A DNA stretch of 64,000 bases, taken from positions 5,568,001 through 5,632,000 of the forward strand of contig CBDFKD010000002.1 of NCBI GenBank assembly GCA_965248695.1, read 5' to 3'. Under the pieces are notes generated by a model. It did not search any database. It saw only the letters and a list, made by a program, of their open reading frames with translations, and had not been told where the DNA came from. Positions 20,438 to 29,942 of the stretch are shown piece after piece (positions within the stretch are counted from its first letter, which is position 1; each line of letters starts with the position of its first letter). Made by a program: the position numbers and the translations under genes. This stretch comes from Acidobacteriota bacterium. GTDB taxonomy: Bacteria > Acidobacteriota > UBA890 > WLXD01.

Positions 20438-20513
20438 CAGGCCGTCGGCGCGCCCGACAAACGTGACAACGTGGTGTACGGAGTAGGGGCGATGACCGAG
20501 CAAGGGGAAACGG

Positions 20514-23417
20514 ATGGCCAAGCCGAGGCGTAAGGGCGTATACGCGCGCGACGTGGACCGCCTGAACCTGTGGTTCGGGCTGATTGCGATCGCGAGCCTG
20601 CTGAGCGTCCTATGGATGGTATGGGACGACTACGCGCGACCGTGGAAGTCGTATCAGCGGCAGTTCCGCGTGCTCGAGAGCGAGGCCACGCAACGGCAGC
20701 TTGCCGGTGAGCAGGCAGGCGTCGACCAGCAGCAGTTGACGCTGCTGCGGCAGCAACGCGACGCTGGCGAACAGACGCTGTCCGGCCAGGTTGCCCAGCT
20801 GGCGGAGCTGGAGAGCGAGCTCGGGCGAGTCCAGAGTCGCTTCGACCTCGCCGATCAGAACCTGCGCTTCGCCCGCTCCACGTACGACGCACGGCGCTGG
20901 CAGTTCGAGGAAGCGCGCAAGCACGACGGCGACGAAGGCTCCACCCGCGAGCGCGCCACGCTGGACGCCTCGATCGCCGAGATGCAGCGGTACTCCGCCG
21001 AGGTCGAGGAGCTGACCGTCGAGAGAGACGCGCTGCAGTCCGACCTCGTTGACCTCACGGGTGCGCGCGATGAGGCGCAGAGCGAGATCACCACGATGAC
21101 CCGCGAGATCGATCGCCTCCAAGGCAGAGTGGACGAGCTGCGCTTCAACTGGGTCTACTACCTGCGCAATGCACCGTTCATGGACAGCTTCAACCCATCG
21201 GTGCGCATCAATCAGGTGGTGTTGAACAACGTGCGCTTCGATCTCAACTTCACCGATGCGCCGCGCGTCGACCGCTGTGCGTCATGCCACCTCGGCGCTG
21301 CCTCGACCGACTACGAGAACGCCGAACAGCCGTTCACGACCCACCCACGTCTGGACCTGTTCGTTGCCGACAACGCCGTGCACCCGGCCGCCCAGTTCGG
21401 TTGTTCTTCGTGCCACGGAGGAAGAGGACACGCCACCAGCTTCCTCTACGCGGTGCACACGCCCGACAACGAGAGCGAGCGGGAACGCTGGGAGCACGAA
21501 TACGGTTGGGAACCGACCCACCTGTGGGAGTGGCCAATGCGTCCCACCGGTGAGACGGAAGCCGGCTGCCTGAGCTGTCACGTCGACGACAACTGGTTGC
21601 CGGACGCCCCGAAGGTCGAGTACGGGCTCGAGCTGGTCGAGAAGCTCGGCTGCTACGGCTGCCATCAGATCGATCGTTTCGACGATCGCCGCAAGCCAGC
21701 GCCGAACCTGTCGTATCTGGGCTCGAAGACCGATTTCGAGTGGGCCTATAACTGGGTCATGGACCCCAAGAGCTTCCGCCCAGATACCCGCATGCCGAGG
21801 TTCTTCAACCTCGCCAACACCTCCGATACGTACTGGACAGAGCGGAACGAGGTAGAAGCCGAGAGCATCGTCACCTACCTGTTCGACAACACCACCGAGA
21901 TCGAGCTCGAAAGCGCCCCGGCCGGCAACGCCACGCGCGGCGATAGGCTCTTCGGTACGGTCGGCTGCATGGGCTGCCACATGATCGGCGACGAGCCTGC
22001 CGAAGAGGAAGGCACAGGCGACCGCCCGGGTGAGGCGGCCCGCTTCAGTGGCTACCGCCACCACGGACCGAATCTCAGCGGCCTGGGGAGCAAGGTCAAC
22101 CCGGACTGGCTCTTTACGTGGGTGCGCAACCCGACGCATTACTGGGACGAGACGGTGATGCCCGATCTGCGGCTGACCTCGCAGGAGGCCGCCGACATCA
22201 CCGCGTACCTGATCGGCATCCAGCGACCCGGATGGGAAGATCCACAGGTTCCCACCGTCGACGCCGCCCTGCGCGACGAGGTCGCGCTCGAGTATCTGCG
22301 AGCGCAACTGCCGAGCGACGAGGCCGCTGCTCGCCTCGAATCGATGGACGAGGACCAGACGCGCGCCTACCTGGGCGAGCGCCTCATCACACGCTACGGC
22401 TGCTCCGGTTGCCATTTGATCCCCGGCCTCGAGAACGCCGGCCGCATCGGCACGAGCCTGTCGGATTGGGGCAGCAAGCCGGTAACGCGCCTGGACTTCG
22501 GTCTGCGCGACATGGAACACGAGCGCCGCGAGTTCCTCGAGCAGAAAATGCGGGCGCCGCGTAGCTACGACGACGGTCGCGTACGCTCGGCCGAGGAAAT
22601 GCTGCGCATGCCGAACTTCGACCTCGATGAGGAGGAGATCGAAGCGATCTCCACGGCAATTCTCGGCTTTACCGCCGAGGAAGTCCCGACCGCGGGAATG
22701 CCGGCACAGACGCCGGCGCGGCTCGCAATCGAAAAGGGACGCCACATCGCCGACGTGTACAACTGTCGCGGCTGCCACATCCTCGAGGATCGTGGCGGCG
22801 CTATCCGCGAGGTGATCGCCGATGCCAAGTTCGCATCCGGCGAAGTAACCAGCCGTGCGGCCGGGTTGGTGTTCGGACCCCCGAACCTGCGATCCGAAGG
22901 GGCACGGGTGCAACCCACGTGGCTGTACCGCTTCTTCGACGAGCCTACCGTCGTCCGGCCCTGGCTCGAGGTGCGGATGCCGACCTTCCAGTTCAGCGAC
23001 GAGGACCTCAACGCGCTGACGGCCTACTTCGCGGCGCTCGACGAGGCCCCCTACCCGTTCGAAGAGACGTTCACCACGGCGCACGAGTATCCGGCCAACC
23101 TGGTGCGCGAGGGCGCAGTCCTGGCCGCTGATCAACGTGGCTCGTTACAGTGCTTCTCGTGCCATTTCCAGGGCGATCAGGAACCGCGCGTACCCCCGAC
23201 GCAGTGGGCGCCGGACCTCGCCCTGGCGGCCGGGCGGCTGCGGCCGGATTGGCTGGACATGTGGATCAAGGACCCCCAAAGCCTGCAGCCCGGCACCAAC
23301 ATGCCGCAGTTCTACGCCAGCCTGGAGGCGGGCCGCGGCTACTGGGCGCCGCTAGGCAACGATCCGCAGGTGGAGATCGACGCTCTGGTTGCTTACATCA
23401 TGAGCATCGGCAACTAA
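20514..23417 (+). CDS. membrane-anchored multiheme cytochrome c (8 CxxCH) with coiled-coil stalk
   Basis: CASCH, CSSCH, CLSCH, CYGCH, CMGCH, CSGCH, CRGCH, CFSCH; N-terminal TM followed by a Q/E/R/L-rich heptad region. Confidence 0.93.
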   Translation: MAKPRRKGVYARDVDRLNLWFGLIAIASLLSVLWMVWDDYARPWKSYQRQFRVLESEATQRQLAGEQAGVDQQQLTLLRQQRDAGEQTLSGQVAQLAELESELGRVQSRFDLADQNLRFARSTYDARRWQFEEARKHDGDEGSTRERATLDASIAEMQRYSAEVEELTVERDALQSDLVDLTGARDEAQSEITTMTREIDRLQGRVDELRFNWVYYLRNAPFMDSFNPSVRINQVVLNNVRFDLNFTDAPRVDRCASCHLGAASTDYENAEQPFTTHPRLDLFVADNAVHPAAQFGCSSCHGGRGHATSFLYAVHTPDNESERERWEHEYGWEPTHLWEWPMRPTGETEAGCLSCHVDDNWLPDAPKVEYGLELVEKLGCYGCHQIDRFDDRRKPAPNLSYLGSKTDFEWAYNWVMDPKSFRPDTRMPRFFNLANTSDTYWTERNEVEAESIVTYLFDNTTEIELESAPAGNATRGDRLFGTVGCMGCHMIGDEPAEEEGTGDRPGEAARFSGYRHHGPNLSGLGSKVNPDWLFTWVRNPTHYWDETVMPDLRLTSQEAADITAYLIGIQRPGWEDPQVPTVDAALRDEVALEYLRAQLPSDEAAARLESMDEDQTRAYLGERLITRYGCSGCHLIPGLENAGRIGTSLSDWGSKPVTRLDFGLRDMEHERREFLEQKMRAPRSYDDGRVRSAEEMLRMPNFDLDEEEIEAISTAILGFTAEEVPTAGMPAQTPARLAIEKGRHIADVYNCRGCHILEDRGGAIREVIADAKFASGEVTSRAAGLVFGPPNLRSEGARVQPTWLYRFFDEPTVVRPWLEVRMPTFQFSDEDLNALTAYFAALDEAPYPFEETFTTAHEYPANLVREGAVLAADQRGSLQCFSCHFQGDQEPRVPPTQWAPDLALAAGRLRPDWLDMWIKDPQSLQPGTNMPQFYASLEAGRGYWAPLGNDPQVEIDALVAYIMSIGN

Positions 23418-23570
23418 CAGGTACCGGGAGCATTCCCGCACAGCTCGCGCCCGCGGCAAACGCGGGCATGCAGTGCCCAATCAGGGCATAATCTACGTCG
23501 TTATTCTGAACGGATTCTTTCGCGCCGACCGATCCCGGTGCGGCGGTGGGAATCGCCCTAGGAGTTGAAC

Positions 23571-24350
23571 ATGCAGCAGCGAAAGTTCGCAGCGGTCGTC
23601 GCCTTGATCGCGCTCGTATCCGTGGCCGCGTGCGGCGGCGGTGGCGACGAAGCGGCCGCGCCGACCCCGGATACCAATACCCCGGCAGCGACCGCTCCTG
23701 ACCTGAGCGACGCCGGCGGCATCAGCGGCACGGTGATGCTCTCCGGTGACGCCCCGGCCGCCGAGACCATCCAGATGGCAGCCGACCCGTTCTGTCAGCT
23801 CGCCCACAGCGAGACGGTGACGACGTCGCCGGTGATGACCGACGCCGCCGGCGGCCTGATGAACGTCGTCGTGCACGTCGCCAGCGGGCTCGAGGGCTAC
23901 TCTTTTCCGGCCGCCAGCGGTGCGGCGAACATGGGCCAGAGCGGATGCATCTACGATCCGCATATCGTGGCGATGCGCACCGGTCAGACGCTGATGATCC
24001 TCAACGACGACGACACGCTCCACAACGTCAACGTGCAGCCGAACGACAATGCGGCGTTCAACCAGGCACAGCCGCTCGCCGGCATGACCATCGAGAAGGT
24101 GTTCGACAACGCCGAAGTCGGTATTCCGGCGCGCTGTGACGTACACCCCTGGATGTCGGCGTTCATCAACGTCTTCGACCATCCTTATTTTGCCGTGTCG
24201 GGCGCCGACGGTAGCTTCTCGATCGAGAACCTGCCTCCGGGCGATTACGTCATCGAGGCATGGCACGAGACGTTGGGAACACAGACGCAGAGCATTACCG
24301 TAGCCCCGAACGAGACGGCCGCGGCGGGAATCAGCTTCGGCGGGAACTGA
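23571..24350 (+). CDS. lipoprotein with cupredoxin-like type-1 copper motif and carboxypeptidase-regulatory-like domain
   Basis: Lipobox VAAC; LHNV ... CDVHPWM; DGSFSIENLPPGDY. Confidence 0.8.
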   Translation: MQQRKFAAVVALIALVSVAACGGGGDEAAAPTPDTNTPAATAPDLSDAGGISGTVMLSGDAPAAETIQMAADPFCQLAHSETVTTSPVMTDAAGGLMNVVVHVASGLEGYSFPAASGAANMGQSGCIYDPHIVAMRTGQTLMILNDDDTLHNVNVQPNDNAAFNQAQPLAGMTIEKVFDNAEVGIPARCDVHPWMSAFINVFDHPYFAVSGADGSFSIENLPPGDYVIEAWHETLGTQTQSITVAPNETAAAGISFGGN

Positions 24351-24459
24351 CCGCACACGCCGGCGTCGCTCTGCGACGAACCGTCAAAGCAACAGACTTC
24401 CTCGTCGGCGCCCTCATACCAAGGGGCGCCGACGTCGTTTCGGGATAGTCGAGACCACC

Positions 24460-25419
24460 ATGAGCGCCCCCCAGGAAACGGCCGGCGGCTGGTTGCACCG
24501 CTACGCGTTGCTCGTGACCGCGGCAACGCTGCTGCTGATCGTGGCTGGCGGGCTAGTCACCAGCACTGACTCAGGCCTCGCCGTCCCCGACTGGCCGTTG
24601 TCCTACGGCATGCTTTTTCCGCCGATGGTGGGCGGAATCTTCTACGAGCACGGTCATCGCATGATCGCCGGCGCAGTGGGCCTGATGACGGCGGCGCTGG
24701 CGTTCTGGGTGTCGCGGCGCGAGTCGAGGGAATGGGTGCGACGACTCGGATGGGTGGCGCTCGGCACGGTGATCGTCCAGGCTCTGCTCGGTGGCATCAC
24801 CGTGATCTGGCTGCTGCCGCCGGTCGTTTCGACCTCACATCTCGGAACCGCGATGCTGTTTCTGGCAATCGTCACGTTATTGGCAGTCGTCACCGCGCCG
24901 GGATGGCACGCAGCGCGTCTACGACCGCCGGTAGCGGCCGGCGATTTACGACGCATGGCGGCTATTGCCACGGCCGCAGTCTACGTCCAGATACTCCTGG
25001 GCGCCGCAATGCGCCATACGGGAGCCGGCCTCGCTTGCCCCGATTTCCCGCTCTGCAACGGCCAGCTGCTACCCGATCTGACGGGTGCCGCGATCGCGTT
25101 GCACATGGCGCACCGCGTCGGCGCCGTGGTGGTGACCGTCCTCGTGTTCCTGCTCGCCGAGAGCGCTTGGGCCCGGCACCCGGAAGTACCCGAATTCCGC
25201 CGTCCTGCCTTGGCGGCGCTCGGCTGCGTCACCCTGCAGGTCCTCCTGGGGGCGCTCAGCGTGTTGTCGCGGTTGGCGCCCTTCATCACGACGGCGCATG
25301 TGCTTGGCGGCGCATTGCTGCTCTGTAGCCTGGTGGTGCTCACGGCACGGGCCCACCGCCGACTGCCTGCGACCGGCCCGGCCGCCGAGGCGGCGCAGGC
25401 ATCGGGGGCGACAGCTTGA
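24460..25419 (+). CDS. ctaA: heme A synthase (COX15/CtaA)
   Basis: SGLAVPDWP, EHGHR, GLACPDFPLC and HMAHR motifs. Confidence 0.9.
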   Translation: MSAPQETAGGWLHRYALLVTAATLLLIVAGGLVTSTDSGLAVPDWPLSYGMLFPPMVGGIFYEHGHRMIAGAVGLMTAALAFWVSRRESREWVRRLGWVALGTVIVQALLGGITVIWLLPPVVSTSHLGTAMLFLAIVTLLAVVTAPGWHAARLRPPVAAGDLRRMAAIATAAVYVQILLGAAMRHTGAGLACPDFPLCNGQLLPDLTGAAIALHMAHRVGAVVVTVLVFLLAESAWARHPEVPEFRRPALAALGCVTLQVLLGALSVLSRLAPFITTAHVLGGALLLCSLVVLTARAHRRLPATGPAAEAAQASGATA

Positions 25420-26309
25420 CGACCTTTTCGGCGCCCACCGCGGTCAGTCCTCCGACCCGGCTGGCCGACTACCTGGCGCTTACCAAGCCGCGGCTGAGCG
25501 CGCTCGTGCTCGCCACCACTGGCGCCGGCTTCCTGCTGGCGCCGCGGCCGAGCGCAACACTGCTCGCGCTCGTATGGGCGTTGCTGGGGACCATTCTCGT
25601 CGTCGGCGGCGCCAACGCCCTCAATCAGGTCTACGAGCGAGAGATCGACGCGCTGATGCGGCGCACCCGCGATCGGCCGCTGCCGGCCGGCCGCCTGTGG
25701 GCTGGCCCGGCGGGACTGTTCGGAGCAACGCTGGCGCTCGGCGGTGTTGCCATCCTGGCACTGCAGGTGAACCTGTTGTCGGCGGCGTTGGGCGCCGGAG
25801 GGTTCTTGCTCTACGTCTTCGTCTACACGCCGCTCAAACGCCTGTCGTGGCTCTGCACGCTCGTCGGCGCCATCCCCGGCGCCACCCCGCCCATGATCGG
25901 CTGGGCCGCCGCCACCGGACAACTCGACCGCACCGCCGCGGTGCTCTTTGCCATCCTGTTCTTCTGGCAGATGCCGCACTTCCTGGCCATCGCCAGGCTG
26001 TTCCGCGACGACTACCGCAACGCCGGCATGGTCATGGTCGGGGTTCAGGAAGTAGACCCGGTCGCGTATCGCCACATGATCCTCTATTGCCTGGCGCTGA
26101 TTCCCGTATCCGCCTCGCTGGCATGGACCGGCGCCACCGGAACCGTCTACCTGATCGGGTCAACCCTACTCGGCATCGGCTTTCTCGCCAGCGCCGTGCG
26201 CGCCGCGGCGAGCCCTTCGCGGCGTACGGACCGCGCCGCCTTTCTATACTCGCTGATCTACCTGCCTATACTGCTCGTCCTCATGCTGCTCGACCGACAG
26301 CTCGTCTGA
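25416..26309 (+). CDS. ctaB: protoheme IX farnesyltransferase (heme O synthase)
   Basis: LTKPR, DALMRRTRDRPLP, YTPLKR, GAIPGA.PP and FWQMPHF motifs. Confidence 0.94.
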   Translation: MTTFSAPTAVSPPTRLADYLALTKPRLSALVLATTGAGFLLAPRPSATLLALVWALLGTILVVGGANALNQVYEREIDALMRRTRDRPLPAGRLWAGPAGLFGATLALGGVAILALQVNLLSAALGAGGFLLYVFVYTPLKRLSWLCTLVGAIPGATPPMIGWAAATGQLDRTAAVLFAILFFWQMPHFLAIARLFRDDYRNAGMVMVGVQEVDPVAYRHMILYCLALIPVSASLAWTGATGTVYLIGSTLLGIGFLASAVRAAASPSRRTDRAAFLYSLIYLPILLVLMLLDRQLV

Positions 26310-26337
26310 AGCAGCGCCAGGGAAACCGGTCCTCCGA

Positions 26338-26784
26338 ATGGAAACTGCCCCCGAATGGGTCCAAGCGCTCCCCGGCATCAACGCCGGACTGAACGCCACC
26401 AGCGCTGTGTTGTTGCTGAACGGCTACCGCTTTATCCGGGCCCGGCGCATCGCCCCGCACCGCGCCTGCATGCTCGGTGCGTGCGCCTCTACCCTGCTGT
26501 TCCTGACCCTCTACCTGACGCTGCACTACCACATCGGCACGACACGCTTCGGGCACGAAGGAACCGTCGTCCGCACGGTGTATATGACAATCCTGCTCAG
26601 CCACACAGCCCTGGCAATCATGGCGGCACCAATGGTCGTGTGGACGCTGACACGGGCCCTGCGCGGGCGGTTCGAGCAACACGCCGCGCTGGCACGCTGG
26701 ACGTTTCCGATCTGGCTGTACGTGTCGGTCACCGGCCTGATCGTCTACATGATGCTGTATCAGGTACCGGGGGCGGCCGGTTGA
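26338..26784 (+). CDS. DUF420 / CtaM-like membrane protein (oxidase assembly)
   Basis: LPGINAGLN, HRACM, ILLSH and PIWLYVSVTG motifs. Confidence 0.85.
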   Translation: METAPEWVQALPGINAGLNATSAVLLLNGYRFIRARRIAPHRACMLGACASTLLFLTLYLTLHYHIGTTRFGHEGTVVRTVYMTILLSHTALAIMAAPMVVWTLTRALRGRFEQHAALARWTFPIWLYVSVTGLIVYMMLYQVPGAAG

Positions 26785-26814
26785 TCGCTAGCGGCGAGGC
26801 CCCGAAACGTGGAC

Positions 26815-27360
26815 TTACGCCGGCAGCACCGCGGCCCGCAGCGTGCCGGTAATATCCACCTGATCGTGAGCTTCGAAGCTATCCCCGCTGAACGAAACCT
26901 TGAACTGGATCGGTTCGGTTCGAGACAGTCGGTGGGAAGGTATCTCGGCGACGCCCACGGCGATTCCCTGCTCATTGGCATGCGCGTCGATGCGAGCAAG
27001 CGTTGCGCCCTTCTGGATTACTTCGACGTGAACGGCTTGGGCGGAAGCGAGGAACACCGCCTGAAAGCTCGCCTCGATGACGGGGCTCACTGCGATCTTC
27101 GACGTGACCGATCTCGCGAACCGCAGTCGTACCGACCGCATTCCGCGGGCTGGGGTGTGCTGAGTGACGACTAGGTTCCGGCCTACGGAGACGCCCGTGA
27201 CGATGGGGGCACTGCCCACCGCAGAGTGCGCTGGAGTGCGGAATGACATTGCAAGTGCGATGCACAGCACCGCGCATGTGATGTGCCTCGTCCGTGTGCA
27301 GAATCCGTGCGAGCCCATTGACTTGACTCCTCTCAGGCAGAGACGGTTGACCCTGTCCAT
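26815..27360 (-). CDS. hypothetical protein, possibly secreted (start uncertain)
   Basis: Longest ORF in a 700-bp gap; hydrophobic signal-like stretch and beta-rich body; no recognised motif. Confidence 0.4.
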   Translation of the reverse strand: MDRVNRLCLRGVKSMGSHGFCTRTRHITCAVLCIALAMSFRTPAHSAVGSAPIVTGVSVGRNLVVTQHTPARGMRSVRLRFARSVTSKIAVSPVIEASFQAVFLASAQAVHVEVIQKGATLARIDAHANEQGIAVGVAEIPSHRLSRTEPIQFKVSFSGDSFEAHDQVDITGTLRAAVLPA

Positions 27361-27492
27361 TAACGCGGAAACAACGCGTAGTCTGGCTCACCGGCCGCAG
27401 CTACTAGACTATGTCTGGAAAGGGTTCTCGCAGATCGTGGCGATTTCTACCAACGGAGGGCGGCCCCCAGCGCGCATCCGACCCGGCGAGCG

Positions 27493-29940
27493 ATGATGAT
27501 GGAGGTGAGCAGGATGCCGAGGTTGGAGCGCGGACAGCGCGGACAGCGTGTACCGCGACCCCACACGATGGCAGCGCTCATCGTTGGCGCGTCCGTTTTG
27601 GCGCTCGTGCCCACGATCGGCTGTGGCCCGGGAGCGTCACCGGAGGCCGACCTCGACCGGCTCCGCGGCGACCGCAAGCTCAACGTCGTGCTGGTGACGC
27701 TCGACACGACGCGCGCCGACCGCATCGGCGCTTACGGCTTCGATGAGGTCGACACGCCGGCCATCGACGCGCTTGCCGGCCGCGGCATCACCTTCATGCG
27801 CGCCTACGCCTCGACGCCGCTGACGCTGCCCTCCCACACGTCGCTGTTCACCGGAACCCATCCCCCTTATCACGGGGTGCGCGACAACGGCGTCCACATC
27901 GCGCCCGAAGCGCTACAGACCATGGCCGAGAGCTTCCAGGCGGCTGGCTACCGCACCGGCGCCTTCGTCGGCGCCTTCGTCCTCGACTCGCGCTGGGGCC
28001 TGGCCCAGGGGTTCGACCGGTACTTCGACGATTTCGACCTGCCCACCGAGCGAGCGATTTTTCTTAGCCGCCTGCAGCGTTCCGGATCCGAGGTCATCGA
28101 CACTGCCCTGGCGTGGGCCCTAGAGGACGACACGACCCCGTTCTTCATGTGGGTACACCTGTACGATCCGCACACCCCGTACGAGCCGCCTGAACCCTTC
28201 AGGTCGCGATACACTGACCGGCCCTATGTGGGTGAGATCGCCTGGACCGACTCCTTGGTGGGCAGGCTGACATCGTGGCTGGACGACTCCGGCCGGTCCG
28301 ACGAGACCTACGTCGTGGTGGCAGCCGATCACGGAGAGAGTCTCGGTGAGCACGGAGAGGCCGAGCACGGGTTGCTGCTGTACGAATCCGCTATCCGAGT
28401 GCCGTTGATTATCGCCACGCCGTTCGACGAGCCGCAGGGAATCCAGCGCCACGAGCTGGTCTCGTTGATCGACGTCATGCCGACCGTGCTGGAGTTGACC
28501 GGGCTGGAGACTCCCGAGGACGTGCACGGCAGCAGCCTGGTTCCTCTGTTTGCCGAGGCGGCCGACGTCGAGGACTGGCCTGATAGGCGCATCTACGCCG
28601 AGACCTTCTACCCGCGTCTCCATTTCGGCTGGAGCGAGCTCCAGGCGATCGTCGAGCCCACCCACAAGCTCATCATCTCGCCCGAGCCGGAGCTCTACGA
28701 TCTTCTGCAGGACCCCGAGGAGCAGCAGGACCTCGCATCAGAGCGCGCCGCCACCGCAGAGGCGCTGCGCCGGGAGGCCGAGGAGCTGGTGGCATGGCTC
28801 GAGGAGAACGCCAACCCGGCGAACGTCGTCACGCTCGACCAGGAGACCCGCCAGCGGCTCGCTGCGCTCGGCTACATCGGCGGCGGCTACAGCGCCGATG
28901 CCAACGACCCGGACGTCGAGCTTGCCAACCCGAGGGACAAGATCGAGATCTACAACGACCTGCTGCGGGCTCGCCGTCTAACCGTCAAAGACGAACTTGC
29001 TGAGGCCGAGGCGCTCCTGAGGGGGGTCATCGCTGAGGATGCCGGAGTGGTCGATGCGCACCAGTCGCTAGGCAACTTGCTCTTCGAGCAGCGCCGCTAC
29101 GACGAAGCGATCGAGGTCTTCGAGATTGCACTTTCCATGAGGCCCGAGGATGCGGCCCTGGTGCTCTTTCTCACCAGCACGCAGCGGCAGGCCGGCCGGC
29201 TGGGCGATGCCGAGAGGGTGTTGCTGGACTTCATTGACGTCCTCGAGCCACCGGATGCCCGGCTGTACATCAGCCTCGGGCGCATCAAGCAGACCAAGCG
29301 CGCCTACGCCGAGGCGGCGACCTATTTCAGCGAGGCGTTGCGCCTCAGCGAGGATGCTCCGGCGAACAACATCACTGCCGCCGCGCACGTCGGGCTCGGG
29401 GCAGTCCAGCTGGCCGCGGGCCGACTGCGGCTGGCGGAGGAGCATCTGAACCTGGCACGCGGCTTCAACGACAGCCTCGCCGACCTGCACTTCCAGCGCG
29501 CCTTGCTTTTCGAGGCCAGGGAACAGCCGGATGAGGCGATCGCCGCCTACCTCCGCGAGCTCGAGAACGCGCCGGGCAATCTCGAAGCCGCCTTCAAGCT
29601 GAGCGTCATCTACCGCAACCGCATCGACCTCGCCGAGGAGGAGCGGTACCTGCGTCTGGCCCTCGAAATCGAACCGCGGTTCCCCACCGGGCGCCTGTTC
29701 CTCGCCCGCATCTACCTGGTGAAGAACGAGCGCCTCGACGAGGCCGTGCCGCTCGTCGAGGGGGCACTGGAGCAACTCGAGTCGGCGGCGGCGCGTGGAA
29801 TGCCGCAAGAGGTCACCAGGCAGGACCGGGTGCTGGGTCATCTCTTGCTGGCGGATATCTACAATCGACTCGGCAGGAACGAGCTCTCCAACCAGCACGC
29901 GCGTCTCGGAACGCAGCTGCGTGCCGGCACGCAGCGCTGA
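27493..29940 (+). CDS. sulfatase-like hydrolase fused to TPR repeats (probable lipoprotein)
   Basis: NVVLVTLDTTRAD, PLTLPSH, WVHLYDPH, ADHGE and LAALGY motifs; C-terminal TPRs. Confidence 0.88.
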   Translation: MMMEVSRMPRLERGQRGQRVPRPHTMAALIVGASVLALVPTIGCGPGASPEADLDRLRGDRKLNVVLVTLDTTRADRIGAYGFDEVDTPAIDALAGRGITFMRAYASTPLTLPSHTSLFTGTHPPYHGVRDNGVHIAPEALQTMAESFQAAGYRTGAFVGAFVLDSRWGLAQGFDRYFDDFDLPTERAIFLSRLQRSGSEVIDTALAWALEDDTTPFFMWVHLYDPHTPYEPPEPFRSRYTDRPYVGEIAWTDSLVGRLTSWLDDSGRSDETYVVVAADHGESLGEHGEAEHGLLLYESAIRVPLIIATPFDEPQGIQRHELVSLIDVMPTVLELTGLETPEDVHGSSLVPLFAEAADVEDWPDRRIYAETFYPRLHFGWSELQAIVEPTHKLIISPEPELYDLLQDPEEQQDLASERAATAEALRREAEELVAWLEENANPANVVTLDQETRQRLAALGYIGGGYSADANDPDVELANPRDKIEIYNDLLRARRLTVKDELAEAEALLRGVIAEDAGVVDAHQSLGNLLFEQRRYDEAIEVFEIALSMRPEDAALVLFLTSTQRQAGRLGDAERVLLDFIDVLEPPDARLYISLGRIKQTKRAYAEAATYFSEALRLSEDAPANNITAAAHVGLGAVQLAAGRLRLAEEHLNLARGFNDSLADLHFQRALLFEAREQPDEAIAAYLRELENAPGNLEAAFKLSVIYRNRIDLAEEERYLRLALEIEPRFPTGRLFLARIYLVKNERLDEAVPLVEGALEQLESAAARGMPQEVTRQDRVLGHLLLADIYNRLGRNELSNQHARLGTQLRAGTQR

Positions 29941-29942
29941 AG

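Noticed and set aside
27384-27399. GG-N10-GC match upstream of the sulfatase-like gene
   Set aside because: Several mismatches to consensus; this spacing arises often by chance in GC-rich DNA
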